A DNA stretch of 64,000 nucleotides, taken from assembly GCA_964016885.1 (NCBI GenBank), contig OZ024741.1, positions 353,152,001 to 353,216,000 on the forward strand, given 5' to 3'. The notes under the pieces are model-generated. The model was given only the letters and a program-made list of their open reading frames with translations, was not told where the DNA came from and searched no databases. The first letter of the stretch is position 1. Every line of letters starts with the position of its first letter. The stretch comes from Eledone cirrhosa (lineage: Eukaryota). Below are positions 1 to 13,492 of the stretch, one piece after another. The position numbers were made by a program, and so were the translations under genes.

Positions 1-1455
1 GTTGTGGTGGTTGGTGGTGGTGGTGGTGCCTGTGGTGTTGGTGGTGCCTGTGCTGTTGGTGGTGGTGTTGGTGGTGTTGGTGGTGTTGGTGGTGGTGGTC
101 GGTGGTGGTGGTGCTTGTGGTGGTGGTTGTGGTGGTTGTGGTGGTGGTGGTGGTGCCTGTGGTGTTGGTGGTGCATGAGGTGTTGGTGTGTTGGTGGTGG
201 TGGTCGGTGGTGGTGGTGCCTGTGGTGGTGGTTGTGGTGGTTGTGGTGGTTGTGGTGGTGGTGAGGTGGTGGTGGTGGTGTCTGTGGTGTTAGTGGTGGT
301 GGTGGTGGTGGATGTGGTGGTGGTTGTGGTGGTTGTGGTGGTGGTGGTGGTGCCTCTGGTGTTGGTGGTGCCTGTGGTGTTGGCGGTGGTTGTGGTGGTG
401 TTGGTGGTGGTGGTCGGTGGTGGTGGTGCTTGTGGTGGTACTTGTGGTGGTGGTTGTGTCATTGATATAGCTGGTGTCGTTGATATCTGTTGTAGAAATG
501 ATGGCAGCGGTGACAGAGAAAATGTAGGCGACAAGTGATGATGAAAATATTAGACATTGGTGGCGGTGGTGTACTGTTGTGTTGTTGTTGGTGGTGGTGG
601 TGGTGGTGGTGGTGGCGGGGTGGCGGTGGTGGTGGGGTGGTCGTGTTGGTGTAGTGGGGGTAGGGTGGTGGTGGTGCTGTTATTGGCGGTGGTGTACTGT
701 TGTGTTGTTGTTGTTGTTGTTGGTGGTGGTGGTAGTGGTGTACTGTTGTATTTTGTTGTTGTTGGTGGAGGTGGTGGTGGTATTGGTGGTGGTGGTGGTG
801 GTGAGGGTGATGGTGGTGGTGGTGGTGGTGGTGGTGTAGTGGTGGTGGTAGTGTGGTAGTGGTGTTGGGCTGTTCTCGTGGTATTAATGAAGGTGGTATT
901 GGCAGTGGTGGGGTTTACATAGTATTAGGGAGGAGGTAGTGACAGTAGTTACTCTATTTATGACGATGATAATGATGAATATAGTGATAGTATTGGTGGT
1001 GGGGATGGTGGTAGTGGTGGTGGTGGTAGTGGTGGTGGTGGTGGTGATGGTGGTGGTGGTGGTGGTGGTGGTGGTGGTGGTGGTGGTGGTGGTGATGGTG
1101 GTGGTGATGGTGGTGGATGTGGTGGTGATGGTGGTGTTGGTGGTGGTGGTGATGGTGGTGGTGGTGGTGATGGTGGTGTTGGTGGTGGTGGATGTGGTGG
1201 TGGTGGTGTTGGTGGTGGTGGTGATGGTGGTGTTGGTGGTGGTAGTGATGGTGGTGGTGATGGTGGTGGTAGTGATGGTGGTGGTGTTGATGGTGATGGT
1301 GACGGTGGTGGTGGTGATGGTGATGGTGACGGTGGTGGTGGCGGTGGTGGTGGTGGTGGTGGTGGTGAGGATGATGGTGATGGTGGTGGTGGTGCTTTTG
1401 CTAGTACTGCTGCTGCTGCTGAAGAAAATAGTTAGGTGAAGGTGGTGGTGGTGGC
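1..1455. repeat. (GGT)n/(GGT,GAT) degenerate trinucleotide microsatellite
   Basis: Visible GGT array; the V/G/W-rich ORFs are its translations. Confidence 0.95.
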
Positions 1456-1678
1456 TGCAGTTTTATGGGAAGTGTTGGTAAAGGAGGGTGGAGGGTGAAG
1501 AGGAAAAACAACGGGAGAGGGTGGAAGAAATAATTCAATAAAGTAGAGTGGGGGAGGAAGGGAGGCGTGGGAAAATAAGGGGGAGAGGGAGAATGATGGG
1601 TATGTGGAAGGGGAAGATGAGATCGATAAATCAATATAGTGACTGCATGGTGTACTGTTGATTTTGTGGTAGCTGCAG

Positions 1679-1709
<31 letters not shown>

Positions 1710-1838
1710 GGCGTTGGTGGTGGTTGTGTAGCTATGGGGTGAGTTGGCTGGAGGAGTGGAGCGGAGGGGGGGGATAAGAGGATGTGCGTAATATTTGTGA
1801 ATGTCAATATATATATATATGTATATATGAATGTGTGT

Positions 1839-1881
<43 letters not shown>

Positions 1882-1968
1882 AATATGTGCCTTTATGGAT
1901 GAGTGTGATCATCGCTATATGTACGTTGGAGACAAAGTTTGTCAGTTTGAATTTGAATGAGTCTACAT

Positions 1969-2643
<675 letters not shown>

Positions 2644-2820
2644 GTGTCAGAGGTATGATTCTGGATGAGGGTGGAGATAGTGAAACTGCTTCCACCCTTT
2701 TTAGATTCAGGCAACGCAAGAACAATAAATTGGACAGTGAATGCAAAAAGATTAACAAATTAACAATGATGGCAAATTAATTGCCAGTTAATAGCAATAT
2801 ATATATATATATATATATAC

Positions 2821-2938
<118 letters not shown>

Positions 2939-3329
2939 CATCATCATCATTATTTTACGTCCGCTTTTCCCTGCTTATATATATACACATACATATATGG
3001 CAAATAGCAATATATATATATATATATATATATATATCATCATCATCATTATCATCAGCATTTTACGTCCGCTTTTCCCTGCTTATATATATATACACAT
3101 ACATATATATGTGTATATATATATACAAGTATATATACGTTTATATCTATACATACATACATACATACATACAGACACATGTAGATATATATGTGTGTGT
3201 GTATGATATATAGAGAGACAACGTTTAATTGACTTTGATGTCTCTGTATGTTGTCGTTTAGCAAGCTGAACATATATATTTGAGGAGCGGCGGCACAGAG
3301 AGATACAAAAATGCCATTTATAATAGATA

Positions 3330-3370
<41 letters not shown>

Positions 3371-3376
<6 letters not shown>

Positions 3377-3550
3377 AAAGGATAACAAGGACGATTGATT
3401 ACTCCTTCATTGCATTTATTTGTAGGTGACGTCCTTGTTATCCTTTCAATATATTACACTCTGTATAGCTCTACATCTCATCACAGAAGTGAACCTAAAC
3501 ATCGAGTGCTCTCCCGAGTGAACCTGCAGTAACCCCAAGTTACACCCCCT

Positions 3551-3552
<2 letters not shown>
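3371..3552 (+). mobile_element. Short hairpin element in (TA)n with inverted arms and one-sided tail (putative PLE-derived)
   Basis: ATATTGAAAGGATAACAAGGACG (3371-3393) is the reverse complement of 3430-3452; about 100 nt unpaired tail, then (TA)n. Confidence 0.55.
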
Positions 3553-3614
<62 letters not shown>

Positions 3615-3660
3615 CAGAGTAGATGATTTCTTCCGAATGAAACAGTTCAATCCTGTAGAA

Positions 3661-3724
<64 letters not shown>

Positions 3725-3799
3725 CCCAGACATGCACACACAGACCCCCCCCCCCCCCTCACCTATTTATTCTTTAATTTGGCTGTAAAGCTATACCAC

Positions 3800-4900
3800 T
3801 GAATCAAGTGACTCAAAAATAACAACTACAATGTTTCCAGATTGTCAACATTCACCCCAAACCAGACAGTATTTTCCCCAATAACACAACTCATACAAAC
3901 CACGAAGGATGCTTCTTTCCAATTTTTTTTCTTAAAAAAATCTCCGTTCATTATCTTTTCATAACATTTATGTGATATGACGTCTTTAAATAATGTTAAA
4001 CAAGAGAAAAATTGTTGAAAAAATGTATGTAGGAAATGTTTTAAAATAAACCATTTTGATGCCAATGGAGAAATTGCAGTTGTAGAAGTCCTTCACGAAT
4101 CTCACCATTCACTCAGCGGAGGCGATAACAAAATTCTAAATGACAAGTCAATGCTTCGACAGAAAGAAACCTTACTTGAAGATGCAGCATGACCGACTAA
4201 ACGGATTCTTCAAGCACTAGCACGGAGGAGGCATCTAGCAGAAGTTGATAATAGCAACTTCCAGAGTTCCACAGTGTAGGCGCACTGTTCTAAAGTCTAT
4301 GACTGAGTACTGTTGAAAGTGAGCTAGAAATAGCAAATGTTAATGGTTGTTTACTCCAAGTCTGCTTGTTCATATGGATGCGTTTGTTGGAGATAAGGCC
4401 GGTTCGAACATATCTAACACATGAAAAGGTTTTCATATCTAACACATGAAACAGTTCCCGATATTAAGAGTGGTAACCTTTTATGACGTCTATATCGCCG
4501 GTCCAAGGTTATTCTTTTGGTAGAAAAAAAATTAGAAGTCAATTTGATACACATATCCAATGGACCTTACATATTGCCCAAAACTAAATTCATGAGCAGC
4601 ATAGGAAATAATGTGAAAACGTGTTCAGAATATTTCGACGTCAAAAGACAACAGTGATGGGAAAATCGCAATATGCTTTAGATTCATCACTAAATGAGAA
4701 ACCGAGAAAACCTTAATCGGATTCAATGCAACGCCATCTTCTGAAATAAGTGTTATCTACGAATTTTTCAATATTGCATTCGAGAGTTGGACAATATTTT
4801 GATGGTACAATAATATGAGCAGGGTAATACCGATAAAGGGATTTTCCTTATTTTCATCTATGCCCACTCTGCAATGCCTTAGGGGCTATTCAGCGACTCT
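3800..4900 (+). pseudogene. Possible highly decayed MULE-like transposase remnant
   Basis: Weak motifs only: NGCLLQVCLFIWMR near 4340-4385 resembles GCxFHxxQxIWR, and NIAFESW near 4770-4790 resembles TNNxxExWH; no intact ORF. Confidence 0.25.
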
Positions 4901-5369
4901 ACAATGTACTAGAATCTCTGCGCACATAACGTCGGATAATGGTATCTCTTAAACACTTAAATCTTTTATAACAAGGTGGTCTTCAATGTATGATGAAGTA
5001 AAATTAGGTATTTCAATCATTTAATACGGAAAAAAGTTCAGATATGTTACACATACAATGAATTTATTATGCTTGCTGAAATTACGAGCATTTAAAAATA
5101 TTTAAAACCAACTCAATATGGTATTTCAGATTTTGAAATCTTCCAATATTTATCAAGAATATTGACTATTTTTGAATGGGTTGCTTGTCTTTGGTTCAAG
5201 ATAACAACTTGTTAATCGATTCCATTGGTCGACTTGACTCACCAATAGTTATTAAGCAGCATGTTAGTCAGCAGACATGTTCTTTTCACTTTCCAAAACT
5301 TGTAATTATTGTTCCTTTTTTCTTCTAAGATAGAAAGATTTCGCCAACAACTTGAAAGATATGGCAACA

Positions 5370-5552
5370 ACAATAACGATGATGAGAGTAATAATGATGA
5401 TAGTGATGATGATGAGGGTGATTATGATAGTGATGATGAAGATGATGGTGAGGAGGAAGCAGATTATGATTTTGATGTGGAAGAGGGAAATAAATATGGT
5501 GATAATTTTGATGATAGTGATCGTAAGAGTGCCAATGTTGATGACAATGTTG

Positions 5553-5640
<88 letters not shown>

Positions 5641-5725
5641 GGATGATGATGATGATGATGGTGATGATCATTATGATGATAATGATGGTGATGAAGATGA
5701 TGATCATAATGGAGGTGGTGGTGAT
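5370..5725. repeat. (GAT)n trinucleotide microsatellite
   Basis: Direct reading; source of the poly-D/M/H/I ORFs. Confidence 0.9.
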
Positions 5726-6139
5726 TTAATGTTGGAAGCTTTGAAGTCGATGGGACTGTGAAAGGAAAAAAAAAATGGCGGAAGTGGAAGAAAAATGCGA
5801 AGCAGAGGAAAAAATGCAAATAATTGTTTCTACTTTTGGTACAAGGCCAACAATTACCCAGTACATTACTGGTACTTTATTTTATCGACCCCGTAAGGAT
5901 GAAAGGCAAAATGACAGTTGGTGATAATGATGGCGATGTTGACTGCGATTATATGGATAATGATAGCCATGATGATGATGATGATGATTATGATAATTAG
6001 AGGAGGATGAATGGGGAATGTGGAGGTAGAGGAGAATGAAGAGGTTGTGGCGGAGGATGACAAGAATATTTAACTACGTTACGTTTCCACTCTATATACT
6101 TCCAGATTTTCAGACGTTCTCCAGTCTCGTGACTACAAA

Positions 6140-6700
6140 TGTACAGACATACACACACACACACACACATACACACACATACACACACACATACACACAC
6201 ACATACACACACATACACACATACATACACACACACACACACGAACCCACATACACGGACACACACACAAACATACGCATATACACACATACCCCCCCCC
6301 CCACACACACACACATGCACACGCACGCACATACACCAACACACATAAACATACACGTACACACACACATACACCCCCCCATACACACATGCACATGCAC
6401 ACTCACACGCACGCACGCACATTCAAGAACGCACACAAACATACGCATACACGCACACACATACACACACACCCACGCACACACACGCATGCACGCACAT
6501 ACACCAACACATACAAACATACACATACACACACACATATACACATACACATACATACACATAAACATATACGCACAATCATAAAAACACACATACCATA
6601 CACACAAATAGATATATGCACACACATACACACGCACATTCACATACACACACTCACACATGAGCCCACATATATACACAAACATACATGCATACATACC
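6140..6700. repeat. Degenerate (CA)n low-complexity tract
   Basis: Direct reading. Confidence 0.9.
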
Positions 6701-6770
6701 ATCCGGCGGTTCGATTATATCGACTCCAGTACTTAACTGTAACTTTATTTTACCGACCCCAGAATAATGA

Positions 6771-6984
6771 TTTCTTATATAGGCACAAGGCTAGCAATTT
6801 TGGGGGAGAGGAAAGTCGATTAAATAACCCCAGTGCGTGACTGGTACTTTATTTTATCAACCCTGTAAGGATGAAAGGCAAAGTTAAAATCGGTGGGATT
6901 TGAACTCAGATCATAATGGGCCATAACTCTATGCTGCAAAGCATGGCATCAGACCCTCTACCGATACTGCCAATCCACCGCCCT
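6771..6984 (-). mobile_element. tRNA-derived SINE (MetaSINE-like core) nested in an older copy of the same family
   Basis: Minus strand has A box TGGCAGTATCGG, B box GAGTTCAAATCC and core TTTGCCTTTCATCCTTAC.GGGTTGATAAAATAAAGTACCAG; flanked by direct repeat CGACCCCAGAATAATGA at 6754-6770 and 6988-7004. Confidence 0.8.
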
Positions 6985-7862
6985 TATCGACCCCAGAATA
7001 ATGAAAGGCAAAATTGACTTCGACGAGATTTGAAATCAGAAAGTAAAGAACTGCAACAAATATTGCTAAGTATTTGTTCCACACATAGTTATAAGACGCC
7101 TAATTTGGGAGGAAGATAAGTTTATCGCTTGATCCCCCAAATTTGATAGAGCAGGTATCAGATATGAAAAACAAAAATAATTAATAAGTACTTATGTCGA
7201 TGCGATCGACTAAATCAAAGCGGTACCCCAGCATGACCGCAGTTTAATGCCTGAAAACAGTAAAACAATAAAAGAATGTGTAAATCTATTTGTTTCATCG
7301 ATTTATGTTTGTTGTCGCGACTACAAGTTTTTCAATACTTTGATTCTTTTCCATAATTTACTTATGGAATTTATATATTTTATAATAATCTTATATGAAG
7401 TATGGTGCTGAGGAAAGAAAAAGGGTAGAATGAAATCGTATACTTTGTACGAAAGCTATAAGCATTCAATATATATGTGAACAATGGTGGATGCTTGGAC
7501 AATGTTAGAGAACGTTCTCCGCTGTGCAGAATCCCAGGCGCAAGACCTCTCATGCACACCTACCAACCTCTAACAACCCAAACGGGGAGTATCATGAAAA
7601 AAACAGGGAGGAATGAGGCAAAATGGGGAGATTTTACATAATGAAAGCTATACCCATTTTCACAAGAGAAGGGGCATCGCTCAACCATCCCAAAGTGGAT
7701 GGGAATTCTTCCCGTTGGACGGGGAGAGTTGACAAGTCTGCTCATGGTCTTAGAGGATATTGCTCAACTCGACACTATGGTTGACGTCACATTTCAATTT
7801 ACCACATAGCAGAATCGAAACAACAATCAAGTGCTTGTGAAGTAAATTGTTTAATTCCATAG

Positions 7863-7928
<66 letters not shown>

Positions 7929-8058
7929 ATGCTTTGGGAGGGTCATGTTGCCAATAAGAAACACACGCACCAGTTGCTTTCACTTCAATTTATTATAATA
8001 AATTTATAAATTTCCGGTTGGTTGGTTGGTTCCACAACCAGATGGTTGTTTATATATT

Positions 8059-8101
8059 GTCAAAGTTCTTTCGTCACACATTCTGTGACCTCTTCAGTGA
8101 C
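8059..8101 (-). ncRNA. Type I minimal hammerhead ribozyme (family 1)
   Basis: GUCA-CUGAAGA-G-GUCACA.GAAUG.UGUGAC-GAAA-GAAC-UU-UGAC. Confidence 0.75.
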
Positions 8102-8575
8102 TGGGATTCTTTTCTTTGTTTTTGTGCTTCTCCTTTGTTCTGTCCTACGCCATTTTGTTTCTCTGTGTGTGTTGTGTGCTCAGTCTGCGCATGCGCCACA
8201 TCCGGGTGTCTGTGTGTGTTTATATTCGTTTATTTATTTGTTTATTTATATGTTACAGGTTGGTTGTTTGTTCTATGTGCGTGTGTGTTTTCATTTTGTC
8301 CTTAATTGTAAGTTGTGATGTTGCTGTTCCACTCATATTTTCTATTTAATTTTGGGTGTAATTCTTTTATGTTTATTGCCTCTGTGATTTGTCTAAACAT
8401 TGCGTCTTTTCTGTGTGTAGATTCTATTTTTATTTCTATGTTCTCTAATTTACCCTTATGTTCTATTTTAGCATGTTGGTAGAGTACAGATGATTCTTTA
8501 CTATCTTGAAGATAGAAACAAAATGGCGTAGGACAGAACAAAGGAGAGGCACAAAAACAAAGAAAAGAATCCCCA

Positions 8576-8618
8576 GTCACTGAAGAGGTCACAGAATGTG
8601 TGACGAAAGAACTTTGAC
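8576..8618 (+). ncRNA. Type I minimal hammerhead ribozyme (family 1)
   Basis: GUCA-CUGAAGA-G-GUCACA.GAAUG.UGUGAC-GAAA-GAAC-UU-UGAC. Confidence 0.75.
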
Positions 8619-8826
8619 AATATATAAACAACCATCTGGTTGTGGAACCAACCAACCAACCGGAAATTTATAAATTCCTAAATTTATAAATTTATTATAA
8701 TAAATTGAAGTGAAAGCAACTGGTGCGTGTGTTTCTTATTGGCAACATGACCCTCCCAAAGTATAACAATATCGGTTTCAACACACGTTTTCAGATAAAG
8801 AATCTTGCTAAACAAATTCAGAAACG

Positions 8827-8875
<49 letters not shown>

Positions 8876-8882
<7 letters not shown>

Positions 8883-9034
8883 AAAAAAGATGAAATCGAA
8901 AATGCAACTGGAGTCTTTTTAAAAAAAAAAAGACTCCAGTTGCATTTTCGATTTCATCTTTTTTCCTTATACTTTCACTCGTGTAGGACACCTCGTTTTT
9001 TTTTTCATTTTATAAAAAAAACCTCACTTTCTAA
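8876..9034 (+). mobile_element. Short hairpin+tail element in (TA)n (family E)
   Basis: Arms 8876-8920 and 8927-8971 are inverted; tail CTTTCACTCGTGTAGGACA..; homologous to 43725-43965 and 52158-52442. Confidence 0.75.
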
Positions 9035-9318
9035 TATATAAATGGAAAAGAATGAAACAAAATTTCATTTTTCACTCTTAGTACGGCTGCTACTTAAATG
9101 TAAGTATGTATGTACACGTACATACATATATGTATACAGACGTACAGTAGTATGTATATATATATATATACATACACATATATATATATATATATATATG
9201 TACGTATGGGTTTACCGAACGTTTATTATAATGCTCGGTTTGTTTGTAAACAGCCCGAATTACGCTGTACAGTGTTCAGGCAACCACCGTCACCTTTTTG
9301 TTCAACACTGGCACAGGA

Positions 9319-9361
9319 ACGATGTACTAGTTTCAAGCTTATTAGCTATCGTCAGCATCGT
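9319..9361 (-). ncRNA. Type I minimal hammerhead ribozyme
   Basis: ACGAUG-CUGACGA-U.AGCU.AAUA.AGCU.U-GAAA-CUAG-UA-CAUCGU; 6-bp stem I, palindromic ACUAGU stem III. Confidence 0.8.
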
Positions 9362-9434
9362 ATACCTTTCTTTCAGATGGTTGAACGTCTGAAAGTATAT
9401 ACTTTCCTTATGCATATTAACGGGTGAGCAGCCT

Positions 9435-9483
<49 letters not shown>

Positions 9484-9570
9484 AATGAGATTAATCACCT
9501 TATTTACACAGACGAGTAAACTATATATTCTCGACTGTTTTCAAGTCCAGCAGTCGCAAGTGTGGGATGG

Positions 9571-9614
9571 ATCGTCCTGATGATGACCAGTTAAGTCCGA
9601 AATGCATCGACGAT
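9571..9614 (+). ncRNA. Type I minimal hammerhead ribozyme
   Basis: AUCGUC-CUGAUGA-U.GAC.CAGUUAA.GUC.C-GAAA-UGCA-UC-GACGAU; 6-bp stem I, palindromic AUGCAU. Confidence 0.8.
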
Positions 9615-9789
9615 TGTCCCCCTCCTGCTTCTGCCGGACACCACCAGAGGGCGTCAGCCCGATGTTTTTTGAATAGCTACGACTTTCTAAATATTTACCT
9701 GTAAACATACCGTGTTTCTTTAGAAATACGAAATTTCTATACATATCTGTATACAGCTATGCTTGAATTATTTTATTTAATTTAATTTA

Positions 9790-10090
9790 TTTAAAATAAA
9801 AATGGCGTAGACAATACAATACAATACAATACAATAGGAAGGAACATAATAATAGTACCACTGATGATGTTGCAGATGTACAACGAAAGAACTTTGATAG
9901 ACTATATATATATTTATATCTGTATTCTTAACCGTTGGTCAATCAATGCTAAACGTTGATTGCCAAATAAATTATGTATGGAGGTATATAAAGTACAGAA
10001 GCGAAAACCAACCAAACAGTGAGTGTGTTCTGTTATTATTTCTGGCAATATTATTACAACATTATGACGCTCCCGAAGTATAACAGTATA
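9790..10090 (+). mobile_element. Diverged relative of the PLE family 1 3' end, with a hammerhead at 9852-9905
   Basis: Shares AAAATGGCGTAG, CUGAUGA-U-GUUG..CAAC-GAAA-GAAC-UU and terminal ATGAC.CTCCC.AAGTATAACA with family 1. Confidence 0.7.
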
Positions 10091-10113
10091 TATATATATA
10101 TATATATTATATA

Positions 10114-10430
10114 TAATATAATTGAATATAAAAGAGAGACAAACACAGATATATACATATATGTGTTCAAATCGTATGGCAGTTGCTCCAATATCGGTTT
10201 GTATTTATTTTCTTGATTTATTCTTTTAAATTGAGTCTGGCAAACCCTATTGTTCAGAGTTAGTATTTTTTTCACCCTAGTGAATCTGGTCCCTTACGAT
10301 TTGAACACATATATGTATATATATCTGTGTTTATCTCTCTTTTATATTCAATTATATTACACGGCCCGGAAAAATCTTTTTCCTCGAGCTATTTAATTAT
10401 AAGAGACTACTTTGAGTTTCTCACTCAATA
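10114..10430 (+). mobile_element. Hairpin+tail element in (TA)n (family G)
   Basis: 10114-10176 is inverted relative to 10295-10359; unpaired tail to about 10430. Confidence 0.65.
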
Positions 10431-10453
10431 TATACCTTGGACACACACATACA

Positions 10454-10580
<127 letters not shown>

Positions 10581-11515
10581 CAATTTGTATTTAGTTTTGA
10601 AATTGTTGTGTTGTGTAAATCTAGAGCCCGAGGTAACTAAAGATGGTCTGGGCCGGTAGAAAACAGTTCAGTTGACACAATTGGGCAAGTTGGTGTACCG
10701 TAAATATAGGTGAATAATGACGTTTTGGGTGTGGCCCATTTTATAAACTGTTCTTTGTTGTCCTTATCCGCAGATCAGTTTCTAATCTTAGCACAGTGAC
10801 ACCAATTTGGAGGGGGGGGGGGGGGACACAGTTATTGTCACCTCAGTATTTGGCAGGTACTTTATTATATCAACCTCAGAAAGATGAAAAGTGAAGTTGA
10901 CCTCATCCGAGATAAACTTATAGTGAGGAATGTTTCCGTTGTGACATACCGTGTCTTCTCAGACATAATGTATCCACAGTTAAATTATCCATCGTGCCCA
11001 CATTTTTAAAGATCACAGGATGTGATGTGAATGAGGAAATTTAGCTGCTATTTCTAACACGCAAATGATCCCGTGAAGACTCACTCCTACGTTGGCCAGT
11101 AATATTGACCTTTTAGTCGTGTATGCGGTGATGGTGGCGGCTCCAAATTTTCCAGTTTTATCAAAGTAATGTTTTCCCTTTAATGAAGACTTTGTATGGA
11201 GAAACGTGCGGATATAAGCTTACGTAAATGGAGTTCATTATGTTAGGTTTTAATTAATAGTAAGAATGAAAGAGTACAAAATAAGTATGGCATATCATTT
11301 GGTTTCATTTATATCATTAACTTTTTCTACTTTTGGCACAAGGCCAGCAATTATCCCAGTACATTACTGTTTTTTTAATTTTATCGACCCCGTAAGGATG
11401 AAAGCTAACCTCGGCGAGATTTATATCTATTATATCATTAATGCTCTAAAGAGAGGCATGAATATCACAGTAACATCTTTTTACCTATAAATCTGAAACG
11501 TTGTGTGTGTGTGCA

Positions 11516-11581
<66 letters not shown>

Positions 11582-12346
11582 AGTGTATGTGTGTTTATGT
11601 GCGTGTGTATGTGTGTGTTGTGTGTGTTTAAATAGATATTGTGTTTACATATGAGAAATTATTTGTTTAAACTAGACTCGGTTATCCAATAAATAAAAAA
11701 AACAAAAAAACTTCAAAATCTGATGCTGTCCAACACATTGACATATGGAAAAGAAAGAAAGAAAGAAAGAAAGACAGACTGAAAGAAAAAGATAGAAAAT
11801 AAGAAAGAAAAACACTTTCTCCTTGCAAATCATAGATTTCTAAACATAACATTTATTATTGATTTACTTCTTCGACGAAGGAAAACCTACAGAGCATTTC
11901 GAATTAAGCATGCAGTGACACACAGAGATATCTTGTTGGTTGCTAGTGGCAACATGCATTTCCTGTTGATACCTTGCATTAGTTACCCAAAGTGTGCATT
12001 AAGCAGACTATGGTGAACTAGCTGCTTGGTTAAATGATGTTATTTTACAGCAGAAATTTAATACCTTTATACATTTACCTCTAGGGTTCTAGAAAAGAAA
12101 TTGATCGGGTAGGAAATGGAAGTGGCGATGGTGGAGATTTATATACGGTAGAAGTATATTATAAGAGTGAGAGAGAGAGGGAGAGAAAGAGAGGGGAGAG
12201 AAGGAAAGAGAGAAGGAGGGAAGGGAGGGAGAGAGAGAATGTGAGTGAGAGGTGGGGCGCGATGCTAACTCAAGTTTGAGTTCAGCACCGCAGGTTTGTA
12301 CGTGTTTCAATATGTGTGTAAGTAAGCGTGCGTGTATGAGTGCATG

Positions 12347-12396
<50 letters not shown>

Positions 12397-12875
12397 AGTG
12401 AGTGTGTGCGTATGTGCACTTGTGTGGGAGTAGGGGGTGATTATAAACTAATGAGACGATCCCAGTAATTTTAGTAAAATCGTAAAGTTGTTTAAAAATA
12501 TATCTATAACTTGTAGGTTGTGAACTTGAAACTATAATGTATTGAAAAATAAAGCAAATATTTCTGCATAGGAATTATGATCGATAAATCAAATTGGAAT
12601 AGGCATATATTTATATATATATACATACATACATCTGTTTCTTCTTCATCACTTTCTGCTGCTTAAACCATTTTGTCTGTTTACCCTAGCGTCCCCTTTG
12701 TTTACGTGTCCCAACGACTTTTTTTAGCCGTTGCTCGCACCAACCTGAGGTATATGGCCTTTAATGCGACGAAATGCCTACGACGGTTGGAAGGCCACTG
12801 ATGAGGACAAACTTTTTCATATGCAACCCATTTGCAGCGCCGCAGCTCCATTATTATCATATATATATATATATA

Positions 12876-13117
12876 TATTGGTAAAAGGAAAAGAAAATGC
12901 TGACAAATTGTTCCCAGTGAAAAATAGTTTAATTAGGAATAAATAAAAATTATTAATAGTATTGGTTAGTATTCAGTTTTAGTTGTAAGTTTTACCGGTT
13001 GCGCATTTCTAATGCTTTTCAAAAATAATTTTGAGATAGAACGCCCGTGATGTTTGCATTTTCTTTTCCTTTTACCAATACATCATAACTCGTGTGTTAC
13101 ACCTCTATTCTTTTAAA
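12876..13117. mobile_element. Hairpin+tail element related to family E, with a U3-A8 hammerhead (12988-13027, minus)
   Basis: Arms 12876-12900 and 13056-13080; minus strand UUU-UUGAAAA-GCAU.UAGAA.AUGC-GCAA-CCGG-UA-AAA (A13 mutated). Confidence 0.65.
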
Positions 13118-13129
13118 TATATATATATA

Positions 13130-13492
13130 TAATAAAAACAATGAATAAAAACAAAGAAACAGTTCCTTATATTAAAAAATTAATCATTTTACGATCGTTT
13201 CTAGGATATATATGTGTGTATTGGTATGTATATCATGTAGATCTATGTAAAAATTTTGCAAACTATCAGAGGGAATATACATACCTACACATATATATGC
13301 TGTCTTCATTATTTCTGAAGACAGCATATATATGTGTAGGTATGTATATTTCCTCTGATAGTTTGTAAATATTTACATAGATCTATATGATATACATACC
13401 AACACACACATATATATCCTAGAAACGATCGTAAAATGATGAATTTTTAATATAAGGAACTGTTTCTTTGTTTTTATTTATTGTTTTTATTA
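13130..13492. mobile_element. About 360-bp palindromic element (family H) in (TA)n
   Basis: Two roughly 180-nt inverted arms meet at about 13308-13311; the right arm continues into unpaired sequence. Confidence 0.8.
13305..13443 (+). ncRNA. Hammerhead ribozyme with 100-nt expanded stem II
   Basis: UUCAUUAUUU-CUGAAGA-[100 nt foldback]-GAAA-CGAUCG-UA-AAAUGAUGAA; 10-bp stem I with one G.U. Confidence 0.7.

Larger units (their letters stand above)
7921..8830. mobile_element. Short non-autonomous hairpin copy of PLE family 1 (two inverted 3' ends)
   Basis: 7921-8511 is the reverse complement of the family-1 3' end, including the GIY-YIG C-terminus (LQDSKESS..LNRKYEW). About 8514-8772 is the sense 3' UTR, followed by the 58-nt tail 8773-8830. 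Flanked by (TA)n on both sides. Confidence 0.92.

Noticed and set aside
5309-5761. Acidic poly-Asp ORF resembling a biomineralisation protein
   Set aside because: It is a (GAT)n tract open in multiple frames on both strands, with no signal peptide or exon evidence
12790-12830. CTGATGAGGAC hammerhead core (also CTGATGAAGG on minus at about 39183-39193)
   Set aside because: No properly placed stem II closure, GAAA or stem I
13354-13383. SECIS element in the apical motif of family H
   Set aside because: UGA/GA and AA are present, but the required 9-12-bp helix above the core cannot form
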